DNA from: an uncultured Gammaproteobacteria bacterium
GTDB taxonomy: Bacteria > Patescibacteriota > Microgenomatia > Levybacterales > UBA12049
Assembly: GCA_964521295.1 (NCBI GenBank)
Contig: CAZFRF010000001.1
Coordinates: 206,146 to 270,145 of the forward strand
Direction of reading: 5' to 3'
DNA: 64,000 nt
Positions 35,575 through 45,982 of the stretch are shown one piece after another. The position numbers were made by a program, and so were the translations under genes. Numbering within the stretch: position 1 is the first letter of the stretch; each line of letters begins with the position of its first letter. Under the pieces are notes generated by a model. That model worked only from the letters and a program-made list of their open reading frames with translations, ran no database searches and had not been told where the DNA came from.

Positions 35575-36423
35575 ATGAAACTTATTACAACGTCTGGCTG
35601 GCAAGATTACGAACTTTTAGACAGTGGCAATCAAAAACGTTTAGAAAAATTTGGGAAATATATTATTGTTAAGCCTGACCCACAAGCAATCTGGAAACCT
35701 ATGCTTTCTGAAGATATGTGGCAAAAAGCAGATGCAACTTATTCTGATGAGAAAAAAGAATGGTTACCAAATAAACTACCTAATAAATGGGAGCTTTCAT
35801 ATAAAAAGCTTAAATTTTTTGCAAAACTAACTAGCTTTAAGCATACAGGTATTTTTCCTGAACAAATTCTTAACTGGGAATTTATTGAGAAAAAATTACA
35901 AAATGTAGATCATCAGCCAAATGTATTAAATTTATTTGGTTACACGGGAATTGCAAGTTTAGTGTGCGTAGCAAATGGTGCAAAAGTAACTCATGTAGAT
36001 GGTTCAAAACCCTCCATTGGCTGGGCAAGAGAAAATCAAGCTTTAAGTGGATTGTCAGATAAGCCTATTCGTTGGATATTAGACGACGCAATTGAATTTA
36101 CAGCTAGAGAAGCAAGGCGAGGAAATAAATATGATGCAATCATTATGGATCCCCCAATCTTTGGTCATGGACCAAATGGAGAAACCTGGGATTTTAATAA
36201 AAGTTTCCCAGAGCTTTTGGTTAATTGTAAACAAATTTTAGTAGATAATCCCTTATTTGTCATTGTTAATGCTTATGCAATCTCAGCCTCAAGTTTAATG
36301 CTTAAAAACATGCTAGAAGATTATCTTTTATTAGATGATTCCAAAATTGAATATGGAGAATTAGCAATTCAACAAAAAAATAGCACTCGCTCACTTTCTA
36401 CTGGTATTTTTAGCCGCGCTTAA
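35575..36423 (+). CDS. Class I SAM-dependent RNA methyltransferase (RlmI/RlmK-like catalytic domain)
   Basis: VLNLFGYTGIASLVCVANGAKVTHVDGSK (motif I), DAIEF..., AIIMDPPIFGHGPNGE (DPP motif IV). Confidence 0.7.
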   Translation: MKLITTSGWQDYELLDSGNQKRLEKFGKYIIVKPDPQAIWKPMLSEDMWQKADATYSDEKKEWLPNKLPNKWELSYKKLKFFAKLTSFKHTGIFPEQILNWEFIEKKLQNVDHQPNVLNLFGYTGIASLVCVANGAKVTHVDGSKPSIGWARENQALSGLSDKPIRWILDDAIEFTAREARRGNKYDAIIMDPPIFGHGPNGETWDFNKSFPELLVNCKQILVDNPLFVIVNAYAISASSLMLKNMLEDYLLLDDSKIEYGELAIQQKNSTRSLSTGIFSRA

Positions 36424-36446
36424 TTTGGTGTAAAATAGTAAAACAC

Positions 36447-37592
36447 ATGAAAAAAATTATTTTCCTAGTCATCATTTCAATTCTATTTTTCTTAGTGTTT
36501 CCTTTAAAAACAAACGCTATATATGATCCCACAGCTTCAGCAAACAACAAATTTGGCATTCATATTCTTTTCCCTGAGGAAATTGATCAAGCAGCAAATT
36601 TAATTAATTCAAGCGGTGGAGACTGGGGATATGTAACTGTACCAATTAGAGATTCAGATAGGGATTTAATTAAGTGGCAAAAATTTATGGATGATTGTAG
36701 AAAATTTCATGTCATTCCCCTTTTAAGAATAGCAACCGATGGAGATTATTTTGTCAAAGGTTCTTGGACCATACCTAGTAATCTATATGTTATAGATTTT
36801 GCTAATTTTTTGGATTCTTTAAATTGGCCTACTAAAAATAGATATGTAATCATTTTTAATGAAACTAATAGAGGTGACGAATGGGGTGGGTCTCCTGATG
36901 CTGCAGCTTATGCCAAAATTTTAGATTTTTCAATTGATGCCTTCAAGAAAAGAAGTGATAAATTCTTCATCATTATGGGTGGACTTGATAATGCTTCAAT
37001 TAATATCCCTGGAACATCAGTTTATCAACTTACCTATCTTCAACAAATGGAAGATGCAGTTCCAGGTCTATTTAAAAAATTAGATGGATTATCTATTCAT
37101 GCGTATCCAAATCCAGCTTTTTCTACAGCCCCAAACTATACAGGAACTAACGGTATTTCTTCATTTAAATTTGAACAAAATTTAGTAAAAGAGTTTAGTG
37201 GAAAAACCTTGCCAGTATTTATTACAGAGACTGGTTGGACATCAACCAAAATCGATATTCCTACACAAATTGAATATTATAAAGAAGCTTTTAAGAATGT
37301 TTGGAATGATAAAACAATTATTGCAGTTACACCTTTTTTACTCCATGCAGAAACTGATCCTTTTAGACAGTTTTCTTTCATTTTAGATAATCACCAAACT
37401 GACTTATATAAAGGTTATCAAGGCATCCCCAAAACCAAAGGTTCACCGCAAATTGAACCTGAAACGATTCAAACTACTGCTAAAAGTGTGGTATTAAGAA
37501 CGAGATATTTTACCTCTGAATTTAGCAAAAATATTGCTAATATGTTTAACCCTCAAGCCAGAAGCTTCATGCGCTGGCTATTTAACTTTTAG
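36447..37592 (+). CDS. Secreted glycoside hydrolase, clan GH-A (GH5-like TIM barrel)
   Basis: Signal peptide. Acid/base NE motif IIFNETNRGDEW. Nucleophile motif PVFITETGWTS. A His in DGLSIHAYP between the two. Confidence 0.6.
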   Translation: MKKIIFLVIISILFFLVFPLKTNAIYDPTASANNKFGIHILFPEEIDQAANLINSSGGDWGYVTVPIRDSDRDLIKWQKFMDDCRKFHVIPLLRIATDGDYFVKGSWTIPSNLYVIDFANFLDSLNWPTKNRYVIIFNETNRGDEWGGSPDAAAYAKILDFSIDAFKKRSDKFFIIMGGLDNASINIPGTSVYQLTYLQQMEDAVPGLFKKLDGLSIHAYPNPAFSTAPNYTGTNGISSFKFEQNLVKEFSGKTLPVFITETGWTSTKIDIPTQIEYYKEAFKNVWNDKTIIAVTPFLLHAETDPFRQFSFILDNHQTDLYKGYQGIPKTKGSPQIEPETIQTTAKSVVLRTRYFTSEFSKNIANMFNPQARSFMRWLFNF

Positions 37593-37617
37593 GCTTGTGG
37601 TATAATTTTTTGATCTT

Positions 37618-38139
37618 ATGAATAGTGATCTAACAGATGAAATTTTCCAAAGTTTTACTCATGGAAATTTAAACATCAAAGAAATAATTCAAAAAATAAA
37701 AAGCTTTTTAGAAGAAGATCCTAATGCTGAATACAGCCTAGTAATAGGAACAGATTCACATGAAAAAAATGTTAGTCAACGTCAAATTGGCAGCACTATT
37801 AACTTAGTTACAGCAATACTGATTCACCGAAAAGGCTTTGGAGGAAAGTACTTTTGGCGAAGACAAGAGCAAAAAAACATACACTCTTTAAGAGAAAAAA
37901 TCTATGCTGAAACTATGGTTTCTCTAAGTTTTGCCTCAATTTTTGTACCTTTATTTAAAACAACTTTAAACGGTAAAGCTCCAAATTATAATCTTGAAAT
38001 CCATGTCGACGTTGGTGAACATGGAGAAACTAGGAATATGATTAAAGAAGTTGTTGGCATGGTTACAGGTAATGGTTATGTTGCCAAAACCAAACCCAAT
38101 GCCTATGCCGCCAGTTACGTAGCTGATAAGCACACATAA
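37618..38139 (+). CDS. DUF458/YkuK-like RNase H-fold protein
   Basis: LVIGTDSH...NLVTAILIHRKGFGGKYFWRR matches the YkuK family pattern. Assignment by recall. Confidence 0.45.
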   Translation: MNSDLTDEIFQSFTHGNLNIKEIIQKIKSFLEEDPNAEYSLVIGTDSHEKNVSQRQIGSTINLVTAILIHRKGFGGKYFWRRQEQKNIHSLREKIYAETMVSLSFASIFVPLFKTTLNGKAPNYNLEIHVDVGEHGETRNMIKEVVGMVTGNGYVAKTKPNAYAASYVADKHT

Positions 38140-38570
38140 TGATTAGACTAATTACCAGAAAAAAAGTAGTAAGAAGAATAAAAAAAGCCCAAAAGCTAGA
38201 ATGGGAAGATGCATCTGATGTTGAAGCAAAAATTCAGGAAGTATTACAAAGAGTTCCTATGCCGCATATTCTTCCCCAAAATATTCACGGATATAGAACG
38301 AGTGGTTCTAAATCTAGAGCTTATGCCAGAATTTGGGCAATGCCAAAAATCTTTCAAAGAGCATTAAAACTTGAACCACATTATGTAATTGAAGTTTTAT
38401 CTAAGTATTATGATAATTTGCCAGAAGACGAAAAAGCTAAAGTAATCATTCATGAACTTTTGCATATACCCAACAACTTTTCGGGAGCACTAGTTCCCCA
38501 CCAAACAAAATCTAGAAATTTACACCGGCTTGCGGATAAATTATTTGAAGTATATAAACATAATCAATGA
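38139..38570 (+). CDS. Small putative zinc metallopeptidase-like protein (HExxH)
   Basis: 143 aa. IIHELLHIPNNF contains HELLH. 1-nt overlap with the upstream gene and 4-nt overlap with the downstream gene. Confidence 0.4.
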   Translation: MIRLITRKKVVRRIKKAQKLEWEDASDVEAKIQEVLQRVPMPHILPQNIHGYRTSGSKSRAYARIWAMPKIFQRALKLEPHYVIEVLSKYYDNLPEDEKAKVIIHELLHIPNNFSGALVPHQTKSRNLHRLADKLFEVYKHNQ

Positions 38571-39250
38571 TAGTAATAATTCACGGAACAGACATAGCTA
38601 AGTCCAGGAATTTCTATATTGAAACCCGTCAAAAAATTGCAAATCCAGTAATTTTTGAAGGTAAAAATTTAGATTACAATACATTTTTTCAAACTTTTGA
38701 AGGAGATTCCTTGTTCACCTCTGATAAAGATGTATTTGTCGAAAATTTGTTTACAAATAAAAAAAGCAATTCTACTGATTTAAAGCAAATCGTTGAGTAT
38801 ATAAATAAAAATCCCAATTTAAACCTTGTTTTTTGGGAAGATAAAGAATTAACTAAGGCGCAAGTTGCACAAATAAAAAAAGCCCAGGTTAATCTTTTTA
38901 ATTATCCGCAAATTTTATTTACATTTTTAGATAGTATTTATCCCAAAAATTCCAAGACTCTCAGTCTTTTTAAAGAACTTGAAAGACAAATGGAAACAGA
39001 ACTTATCTTTTATATGATTATTCGACAATTTAGGCTTATGTTAGGTGTTGAATTAGATTCCCAAATCGATGAAACAAGAAGAATGGCTCCTTGGCAAGAA
39101 TCCAAAATAAAATCTCAAGGATCACGTTTTAATAAAAAGGATTTAATAAATTTATATAAAAAATTAATGGATATTGATTATGAAACTAAATTTGGCTTAA
39201 GCTCTAGCTCGCTTTCTAAAAGGATTGACTTTTTCCTTATGGATTTATAA
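38567..39250 (+). CDS. Possible DNA polymerase III delta subunit (HolA-like, short)
   Basis: N-terminal MIVIIHGTD...IFEGKNLDY and C-terminal LYKKLMDIDYETKFGLSSSSLSKRIDFFL resemble the delta N- and C-terminal helices. Weak. Confidence 0.35.
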   Translation: MIVIIHGTDIAKSRNFYIETRQKIANPVIFEGKNLDYNTFFQTFEGDSLFTSDKDVFVENLFTNKKSNSTDLKQIVEYINKNPNLNLVFWEDKELTKAQVAQIKKAQVNLFNYPQILFTFLDSIYPKNSKTLSLFKELERQMETELIFYMIIRQFRLMLGVELDSQIDETRRMAPWQESKIKSQGSRFNKKDLINLYKKLMDIDYETKFGLSSSSLSKRIDFFLMDL

Positions 39251-39253
39251 TAT

Positions 39254-40639
39254 ATGGTAATGATAATAGAACCTTCTATTTTCAAATCTTACGACATTCG
39301 CGCAATTTACCCCACAGAGCTGGATGAAGAAGGAACAAAAAAAATAGTTCAATCTATTTTTAAAGTAATTTCCCAAAAATCTGGTAAAGATAAGCTTAAA
39401 TTAGTCTTGTCTAGAGACATGAGGGTTTCTTCTCCAAGTCTTTCCGAGGCAGCTCAACAAGCCTTGATTGATTGCGGTGTTGAGGTTTTAGATATTGGAA
39501 TTGCTTCTACTCCATCTATGTATTTTGCAGTTTATGAATTAAAAGCTGATGGAGGTATTCAAATTAGCGCTTCCCACAATCCAAAAGACTATAACGGTTT
39601 AAAAATTGTTATGAATTCAGACAATGGTCTTATTAAGATTGGCAAAACCACTGGTATGGAAGACGTTAAGACTCTAAGTCTTGATGGACAACCTTTAGTT
39701 AAGACTGAACCAGGAAGTGTAACTGAAGTTTCTGACATTGTTTCTAAAGAAGTTGAAAACTCATTAAAAATTGCAGGCAATCCTGAAGTTAAGGAATATA
39801 AAATAGTTGCTGATGCTGCAAATTCCATGGGAGCAGTTTATTTAAATGAACTTTTCAAAGTTATCCCAGGAAACTTAATCCGCATGAATTTTGAATTAGA
39901 TGGAACTTTCCCAGCTCACCAAGCTGATCCACTTGATTTTAAAAACCTTGAAGACTTACAAGCAAAACTTTTGGAAGAAAAAGCTGATATTGGTTTTGCT
40001 CCAGATGGAGATGGAGATAGATTTTTCTTTGTTGATGAGAAAGGTCAAATCGTTCCCCCATCGATCATTACTTCTTTAGTAGCCAGAGAGCTTTTGAAAA
40101 CAAACCCAGGCGCAACAATTCTTTTCGACGTTAGATACGTCTTAAACCCAATTAAAATTATTGAAGAAAATGGTGGAAAGTATGACATTACTAAAGTCGG
40201 ACATGCTTTTATTACCGAAAAAATGCATGAAACAGGTGCAATTTTCGCAGGTGAATCTTCGAGTCATTTCTTTTATAAATTAGCAGGAAATGGCGAAGCT
40301 CCCATGCCAGTTATCTTAACTGTCTTAGGTGTTATGACCAGAGAGAATAAAAAATTGTCTGAAATAGTTGAGGAACTTAGGAGAAGTTTTGAATCCGGTG
40401 AATTTAATTTTAAAGTCTCAAACTCTAAAGAAATTTTAGAAAAATTAAAAGAAAAATATGCAGATGGTGATTTAAATGATATGGATGGAATTGCAATCAC
40501 CTATCCTGATTTTAGATTTAGCGTTAGAACCTCAAATACAGAACCATTACTTAGATTAAATGTTGAATCTTTAGACAAAGACAAAACACAGGCTAAATTT
40601 GCTGAACTTAAAGACTTTATTAACTCACTAGCTAAATGA
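39254..40639 (+). CDS. Phosphoglucomutase/phosphomannomutase (alpha-D-phosphohexomutase)
   Basis: Active-site Ser loop ISASHNPKDYNGLK. Metal-binding FAPDGDGDRFFFVD. Sugar-binding GESSSHFFY. Four-domain length. Confidence 0.87.
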   Translation: MVMIIEPSIFKSYDIRAIYPTELDEEGTKKIVQSIFKVISQKSGKDKLKLVLSRDMRVSSPSLSEAAQQALIDCGVEVLDIGIASTPSMYFAVYELKADGGIQISASHNPKDYNGLKIVMNSDNGLIKIGKTTGMEDVKTLSLDGQPLVKTEPGSVTEVSDIVSKEVENSLKIAGNPEVKEYKIVADAANSMGAVYLNELFKVIPGNLIRMNFELDGTFPAHQADPLDFKNLEDLQAKLLEEKADIGFAPDGDGDRFFFVDEKGQIVPPSIITSLVARELLKTNPGATILFDVRYVLNPIKIIEENGGKYDITKVGHAFITEKMHETGAIFAGESSSHFFYKLAGNGEAPMPVILTVLGVMTRENKKLSEIVEELRRSFESGEFNFKVSNSKEILEKLKEKYADGDLNDMDGIAITYPDFRFSVRTSNTEPLLRLNVESLDKDKTQAKFAELKDFINSLAK

Positions 40640-41679
40640 TTGACTTAAATAACCCATTATCTTTTAAAAATTTAGATCCTAAGGATGTTTATGGATCAAC
40701 TGGGCTTTTGGCTGATCAGTGTGAACAAATTTGGGAAGATGCTAAATTATTAACTTTCCCTGATAACTATACTGGTTTTGACAATATAATATTATGCGGA
40801 ATGGGTGGATCTGCCTACAGCAGCTATATAATCCAATCATTATTTAAAGACAAATTAACTGTTCCCTTAATTTATAACAATGACTATGACTTACCTGCAT
40901 TTGCAGATGAAAAAACTTTAATAATTCTTTCAAGTTATTCTGGAACCACTGAAGAATCTCTTGCATGCGCCAATGAGGCAATTGCTAAAAACTTAAAAGT
41001 AACTGCTATAACCAACGGTGGACCACTTTCACAAACACTTAAAACTAATAATATGCCAGCATTAATTTTTGATCCTAAAAATAATCCTTCGGGTCAACCT
41101 AGACTTGGGACTGGTTACATGATTTTAGGCACAATTATTTTACTTACTAAACTTGGAATTTTAAATGTAACTGAAGACGAAGTTAAAGCAGCCATTTCAG
41201 AACTCAGAGCAAATCAAGAAAATATAAAAAAAGCCGCAATTGACCTTGCTCCCCAACTTAAAGATTTCTTCCCTTTAATTATGTGTAGCGGATTCTTACA
41301 TGGCAATGCGCACGTTTTAAGAAATCAATTTAACGAAACATCTAAATCTTTTGCTGCATTTGAAGACATTCCTGAATTAAATCATCATTTAATGGAAGGT
41401 TTTAAATATCCTGGAGGGTTAAAAATGAAAACATTATTTTTAGATTCAGATTTGTATGACCCAAAACATTTAAAAAGAATTCAGCTAACTGAAGATGTTG
41501 TTACTAAAAACAATATTCAAAGTGTCCATTTTAAGGCTTTAGGATCAACTAAATTGTCGCAAATGTTTGCTGTTTTAGCTTTTGGTGGATTTGTAACTTT
41601 TTACTTAGGAATTTTATATGGTGAAGATCCAAGCTTAATCCCCTGGGTTGACTACTTTAAGGAACAGCTTAAGAAATAA
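40636..41679 (+). CDS. Bifunctional phosphoglucose/phosphomannose isomerase (SIS-domain PGI/PMI)
   Basis: SIS motif ILCGMGGSAYSS. Second SIS half ILSSYSGTTEES. Length of about 347 aa typical of the archaeal-type PGI/PMI. Confidence 0.75.
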   Translation: MIDLNNPLSFKNLDPKDVYGSTGLLADQCEQIWEDAKLLTFPDNYTGFDNIILCGMGGSAYSSYIIQSLFKDKLTVPLIYNNDYDLPAFADEKTLIILSSYSGTTEESLACANEAIAKNLKVTAITNGGPLSQTLKTNNMPALIFDPKNNPSGQPRLGTGYMILGTIILLTKLGILNVTEDEVKAAISELRANQENIKKAAIDLAPQLKDFFPLIMCSGFLHGNAHVLRNQFNETSKSFAAFEDIPELNHHLMEGFKYPGGLKMKTLFLDSDLYDPKHLKRIQLTEDVVTKNNIQSVHFKALGSTKLSQMFAVLAFGGFVTFYLGILYGEDPSLIPWVDYFKEQLKK

Positions 41680-41720
41680 CTCACTTGTAAAAAAGTGGTA
41701 TTATATACATAATTAATTAT

Positions 41721-43979
41721 ATGGCTGCCCGATCCCATTTTATAGCCTGGTTTAGAGAAGTTAACAAGCACGATGTTCCCCTAGTCGGTGGAAAAGGAGC
41801 AAATTTAGGAGAAATCTACAATGCTGGTATTCCAGTCCCCAACGGATTTGTTGTTACAGCTAATGCCTATTATCATTTTATTCGAGAGAATTCTTTAGCA
41901 ACTAAAATTCAACATTTAATTTCAACCGCTGATTTTAATAATCCCAAGTCTTTAGACCAAGTTTCAAAACATATTAAAAAACTAATTTTGGAAGGGAAAA
42001 TTTCTGATGAATTGACCCATGAATTAGCTGGTGCATATGGAAAACTCGGTACATTACTAAATGAAGCATTGGTTGCAGTTAGATCTTCAGCAACCGCAGA
42101 AGACCTTGCAAACGCCTCATTTGCTGGACAACAAGAAACATTTCTAAACGTTAAGGGTGATGCAGTGCTTTTGGAAAAAATTAAAGAAGGCTGGGCATCA
42201 CTTTTTAATGCGAGAGCTATATTTTATCGACACCAACAAAAATTCGATCATGTAAAAACAGGAATTGCTCTGGTTGTACAGAAAATGGTTGAATCTGATA
42301 AATCTGGAATCATGTTTACAATTGACCCTGTAAATAATGATAAAGAAACAGTAGTCATTGAGGCTATTTTCGGTTTGGGAGAATTAATCGTTCAAGGAGA
42401 AGTAAATCCTGACCACTATGAAGTCAGAAAAAATGATTTAACAATTTTAAAAAAAGAAGCTAATTATCAAGCGTATTCGATGGTTAAGAAAGGAATAAAT
42501 AATAAGAATATTAAACTTGATAAGAATAAAGGATCAAAACTTAAACTCTCTGATAAGGAAATTAAAGAGTTAGCGACTTTGGGTAAAAAATTGGAAAAAC
42601 ATTATTACTTTCCTCAAGATATTGAATGGGCAGTTGAAAAAAATAAAGTCTATATTGTGCAAACCAGAGCTGTAACCACTACTAACACCCAAGCTAAAAA
42701 GACTACAGTAGATACCCAAAGCTTAGAACTTCTTCTAAAAGGTGATCCGGCAAGTCCAGGTATCGGCAATGGACCGGTAAGAATTATTAAATCTGCTAAA
42801 GAAATTGACAAAATTCTTCCCGGAGACGTTTTAGTAGCGCCACAGACTAATCCTGATTATGTTTCTGCAATGAAAAAAGCCAGCGCAATTGTAACTGATA
42901 GTGGTGGTAGAACTTCCCACGCTGCAATTGTCTCAAGAGAGCTGGGTATTCCTGCAGTAGTTGGTACAGAGCACGCTACGACTAAATTAACTAACAATGA
43001 GGTTATTTCAGTTGATGGAAGTAAAGGTGAAATATATAAAGGAGGGATAATTAAAGACATTTCTCCTAAGGTTTTAGAATTTGAAAATATAAAAACGGCG
43101 ACAAAAGTTTACGTAAATTTAGCTGAACCTGAAGCTGCTGATCGTGTAGGAAAATTAAACGTTGATGGAATCGGACTTTTAAGAGCTGAATTTATTATGG
43201 CCAATATTGGAGTTCATCCTAAAAAAATGATTCACGATGGCAAACGCCAAGAATATATTAATAAATTAGCTGAAAATCTTGCTAAATTCTGTACAGCATT
43301 TAATGGAAAACCAGTTGTCTACAGAGCGTCTGATTTTAAAACTAACGAATACAGAAACCTAATTGGTGGCAAAGACTATGAACCACTTGAATCAAATCCT
43401 ATGCTCGGCTACAGGGGCGCATTTAGGTATATGCATGATCCCGAAGTTTTTAAACTTGAACTTGAAGCGATTAAAAAAGTCAGAAACGAAATGGGGCTTA
43501 AAAATCTGTGGATAATGGTTCCCTTTGTTCGTACAGTTGAAGAGCTTGAAAAAGTCAAAAGCATAATTACGAATGCCGGACTTATCAGATCTGAAACCTT
43601 TAAAATTTGGATGATGGTTGAAATCCCTACGAATGTAATTTTACTTGATAAATTTATAAAAGTGGGAATTGATGGCGTGTCTATTGGCTCAAATGACTTA
43701 ACGATGCTTATGATGGGAACTGACAGAGATAATCATGAAGTAGCAAGTGAATTTAATGAAATGTATCCATCGATGATGTGGGCTTTTGAACACGTTGTTA
43801 AAACAGCTCATAAATATGGGATTACTTCTTCTTTGTGTGGTCAAGCTGCCTCAACATACACCGAACTTATTAAAAACATGGTCTTCTGGGGCGTAACTAG
43901 CCTATCTGTTTCTCCAGACGCGGTAGACAATACCAGACGCCACATTTTACAATTTGAAAAGGAGCTTTTGAGAAAATAA
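41721..43979 (+). CDS. ppsA: Phosphoenolpyruvate synthase (pyruvate, water dikinase)
   Basis: N-terminal ATP-grasp PPDK_N (VGGKGANLGE). Mobile His domain GGRTSHAAIVSRELGIPAVVG. C-terminal PEP-utilising TIM barrel with catalytic Cys (SLCGQA). Confidence 0.92.
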   Translation: MAARSHFIAWFREVNKHDVPLVGGKGANLGEIYNAGIPVPNGFVVTANAYYHFIRENSLATKIQHLISTADFNNPKSLDQVSKHIKKLILEGKISDELTHELAGAYGKLGTLLNEALVAVRSSATAEDLANASFAGQQETFLNVKGDAVLLEKIKEGWASLFNARAIFYRHQQKFDHVKTGIALVVQKMVESDKSGIMFTIDPVNNDKETVVIEAIFGLGELIVQGEVNPDHYEVRKNDLTILKKEANYQAYSMVKKGINNKNIKLDKNKGSKLKLSDKEIKELATLGKKLEKHYYFPQDIEWAVEKNKVYIVQTRAVTTTNTQAKKTTVDTQSLELLLKGDPASPGIGNGPVRIIKSAKEIDKILPGDVLVAPQTNPDYVSAMKKASAIVTDSGGRTSHAAIVSRELGIPAVVGTEHATTKLTNNEVISVDGSKGEIYKGGIIKDISPKVLEFENIKTATKVYVNLAEPEAADRVGKLNVDGIGLLRAEFIMANIGVHPKKMIHDGKRQEYINKLAENLAKFCTAFNGKPVVYRASDFKTNEYRNLIGGKDYEPLESNPMLGYRGAFRYMHDPEVFKLELEAIKKVRNEMGLKNLWIMVPFVRTVEELEKVKSIITNAGLIRSETFKIWMMVEIPTNVILLDKFIKVGIDGVSIGSNDLTMLMMGTDRDNHEVASEFNEMYPSMMWAFEHVVKTAHKYGITSSLCGQAASTYTELIKNMVFWGVTSLSVSPDAVDNTRRHILQFEKELLRK

Positions 43980-43980
43980 T

Positions 43981-45243
43981 ATGGCTAGAATTAAACAAAT
44001 CCTTGCACGAGAAATACTAAATGCAAAAGGTGAGCCAACCATTGAAACAACTGTTATTCTAAGTGATGGCGCTACTGGCATCGCTTCTTGTCCAAGTGGT
44101 ACGTCTGTAGGCAAGTATGAAGCACTAGAGCTTAAAGACAATGACCCTAAACGATATCAGGGCTTAGGAGTTTTGAATGCAATTGAAAATATCAACAAAC
44201 TCTTATCCCCTCTTTTAGTTGGCATGGAAGCTTCAAATCAACAAATAATTGATAAGAAAATAATTGAGCTCGATGGCACATTAAATAAGTCAAAGCTAGG
44301 ATCTAATGCCACACTTTCTCTTTCAATGGCAATCGCTAAAGCTAGTGCCAGATCTGCAGTTCTTCCGCTTTTTCTTTATCTTCGTGAATACGTCAAAAAG
44401 GATGAAGTTAATGCTCACCGAATTCCTACACCTTGCTTTAACATCCTTAATGGTGGAAAGCATGGTGGAGGCAATGTTGATTTTCAGGAATTCTTAGTTA
44501 TACCTGCATCATCAAAATCATATAGCGATGCACTGCTTTATGGAAATAATACTTATTTTTCCTTGAAAAAAGTATTAGAACAAAATAATTTATCAAGTCT
44601 TATTGGGATCGAAGGCGGATTTTCTCCTAAGCTTGGTAACAATATTGACGCTTTAACCTTAATCAAACAAGCTATTGAAGCAGCAAATTTAAGAATTGGC
44701 TTTGATATGTTTATTGGTTTAGATGCAGCGGCAAATAATATCTACGATGACGGAAAATATCAAATTAAAGACAAATCAACCAGCCTAACAGCCAAAGATT
44801 TGATTGACATTTATAGTAATATTAATGATCAATTTCATCTTCTTTATCTTGAAGATGGATTAGAGGAAGATGACTGGCCTGGATGGCAAGAGCTTTATGC
44901 AAGAATGTCAACCCAAACTATGATTGTAGGAGATGATTTAACAGCAACTAATCCATTTAGGCTTTCAGAAGCAATGCAAAAAAGAGCGGTGAGCGCAATT
45001 ATCATTAAACCAAATCAAATTGGAACTGTAATCGAAGCCCTTGCTGTATCAGAAATGGCTAAAGAAGCTGGGCTTAAAATAATCGTATCTCATAGAAGCG
45101 GTGAGACAAATGATGATTTTATAGCTGATTTTGCAGTTGCAGTTAGCGCAGACTATGTTAAATTTGGAGCGCCTGTTAGAGGTGAGAGAGTCGCTAAATA
45201 TAATAGATTACTTGCCATTGAAAGCCAGTTAAAATCACTTTAA
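43981..45243 (+). CDS. eno: Enolase
   Basis: N-terminal IKQILAREILNAKGEPTIE. Signature IIKPNQIGTV and SHRSGETNDDFIADFAVAV. Confidence 0.96.
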   Translation: MARIKQILAREILNAKGEPTIETTVILSDGATGIASCPSGTSVGKYEALELKDNDPKRYQGLGVLNAIENINKLLSPLLVGMEASNQQIIDKKIIELDGTLNKSKLGSNATLSLSMAIAKASARSAVLPLFLYLREYVKKDEVNAHRIPTPCFNILNGGKHGGGNVDFQEFLVIPASSKSYSDALLYGNNTYFSLKKVLEQNNLSSLIGIEGGFSPKLGNNIDALTLIKQAIEAANLRIGFDMFIGLDAAANNIYDDGKYQIKDKSTSLTAKDLIDIYSNINDQFHLLYLEDGLEEDDWPGWQELYARMSTQTMIVGDDLTATNPFRLSEAMQKRAVSAIIIKPNQIGTVIEALAVSEMAKEAGLKIIVSHRSGETNDDFIADFAVAVSADYVKFGAPVRGERVAKYNRLLAIESQLKSL

Positions 45244-45933
45244 ATTAAAAAGTAGTGTTATTTCCCCTTTTAATTTTTTAGTTTCGATTCGAGTAATTAA
45301 TTCACTAATTTTAGATTTGGTAACTTCTTCATGAATCTTAGTTAATTCTCGAGCTAAAATTATTTCAATATCACCAAAAATACTTTGAATATCCTTAAGA
45401 GAGGTTAAAATTTTATAAGGAGATTCAAATATTATTACTGTTGTAGACACTAGTTTTTGACTTTCAAATAAATTTTTTAAAAATGTTATTCTATGTCCTG
45501 GTTTTTGGGGTAAAAATCCTACAAATATAAATTTATCTGTAGGAAGTCCTGAGGAGACTAAGGCAGAAATTACTGATGAAGGCCCTGGAATAGATACCAC
45601 TTTTACACCTTCTTTTAAAGCTTCCCTAATAAGCTTAAATCCTGGATCAGATACTGTTGGTGTGCCAGCATCTGAAATTAAAGCAACGGATTTATCGTTC
45701 TTCAAAAGATTTAAAACCTTATCTATTTTAAACATTTCATTTTGTTCAAAATAAGAAAACAGTTTATCGATTATTGATTTAGGATCATTTTCGAAATAGT
45801 GCCTAATTAAAGTCGCTGCAACACGAGTATCCTCACAAGCAATAAAATCCGCATCTCTTAAGGTATTAAGAGCTCGCAAAGTTATATCTTCTAAATTGCC
45901 GATAGGCGTTGCGACTACATATAATATTCCCAT
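45235..45933 (-). CDS. rsmI: 16S rRNA (cytidine1402-2'-O)-methyltransferase RsmI
   Basis: LYVVATPIGNLEDITLRALNTLRDADFIACEDTR tetrapyrrole-methylase fold N-terminus characteristic of RsmI. Confidence 0.9.
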   Translation of the reverse strand: MGILYVVATPIGNLEDITLRALNTLRDADFIACEDTRVAATLIRHYFENDPKSIIDKLFSYFEQNEMFKIDKVLNLLKNDKSVALISDAGTPTVSDPGFKLIREALKEGVKVVSIPGPSSVISALVSSGLPTDKFIFVGFLPQKPGHRITFLKNLFESQKLVSTTVIIFESPYKILTSLKDIQSIFGDIEIILARELTKIHEEVTKSKISELITRIETKKLKGEITLLFNLK

Positions 45934-45982
45934 ATTGATGTAGATTATACCAAAGTGCTATTTTTTCTGTTATAATTTTCTA

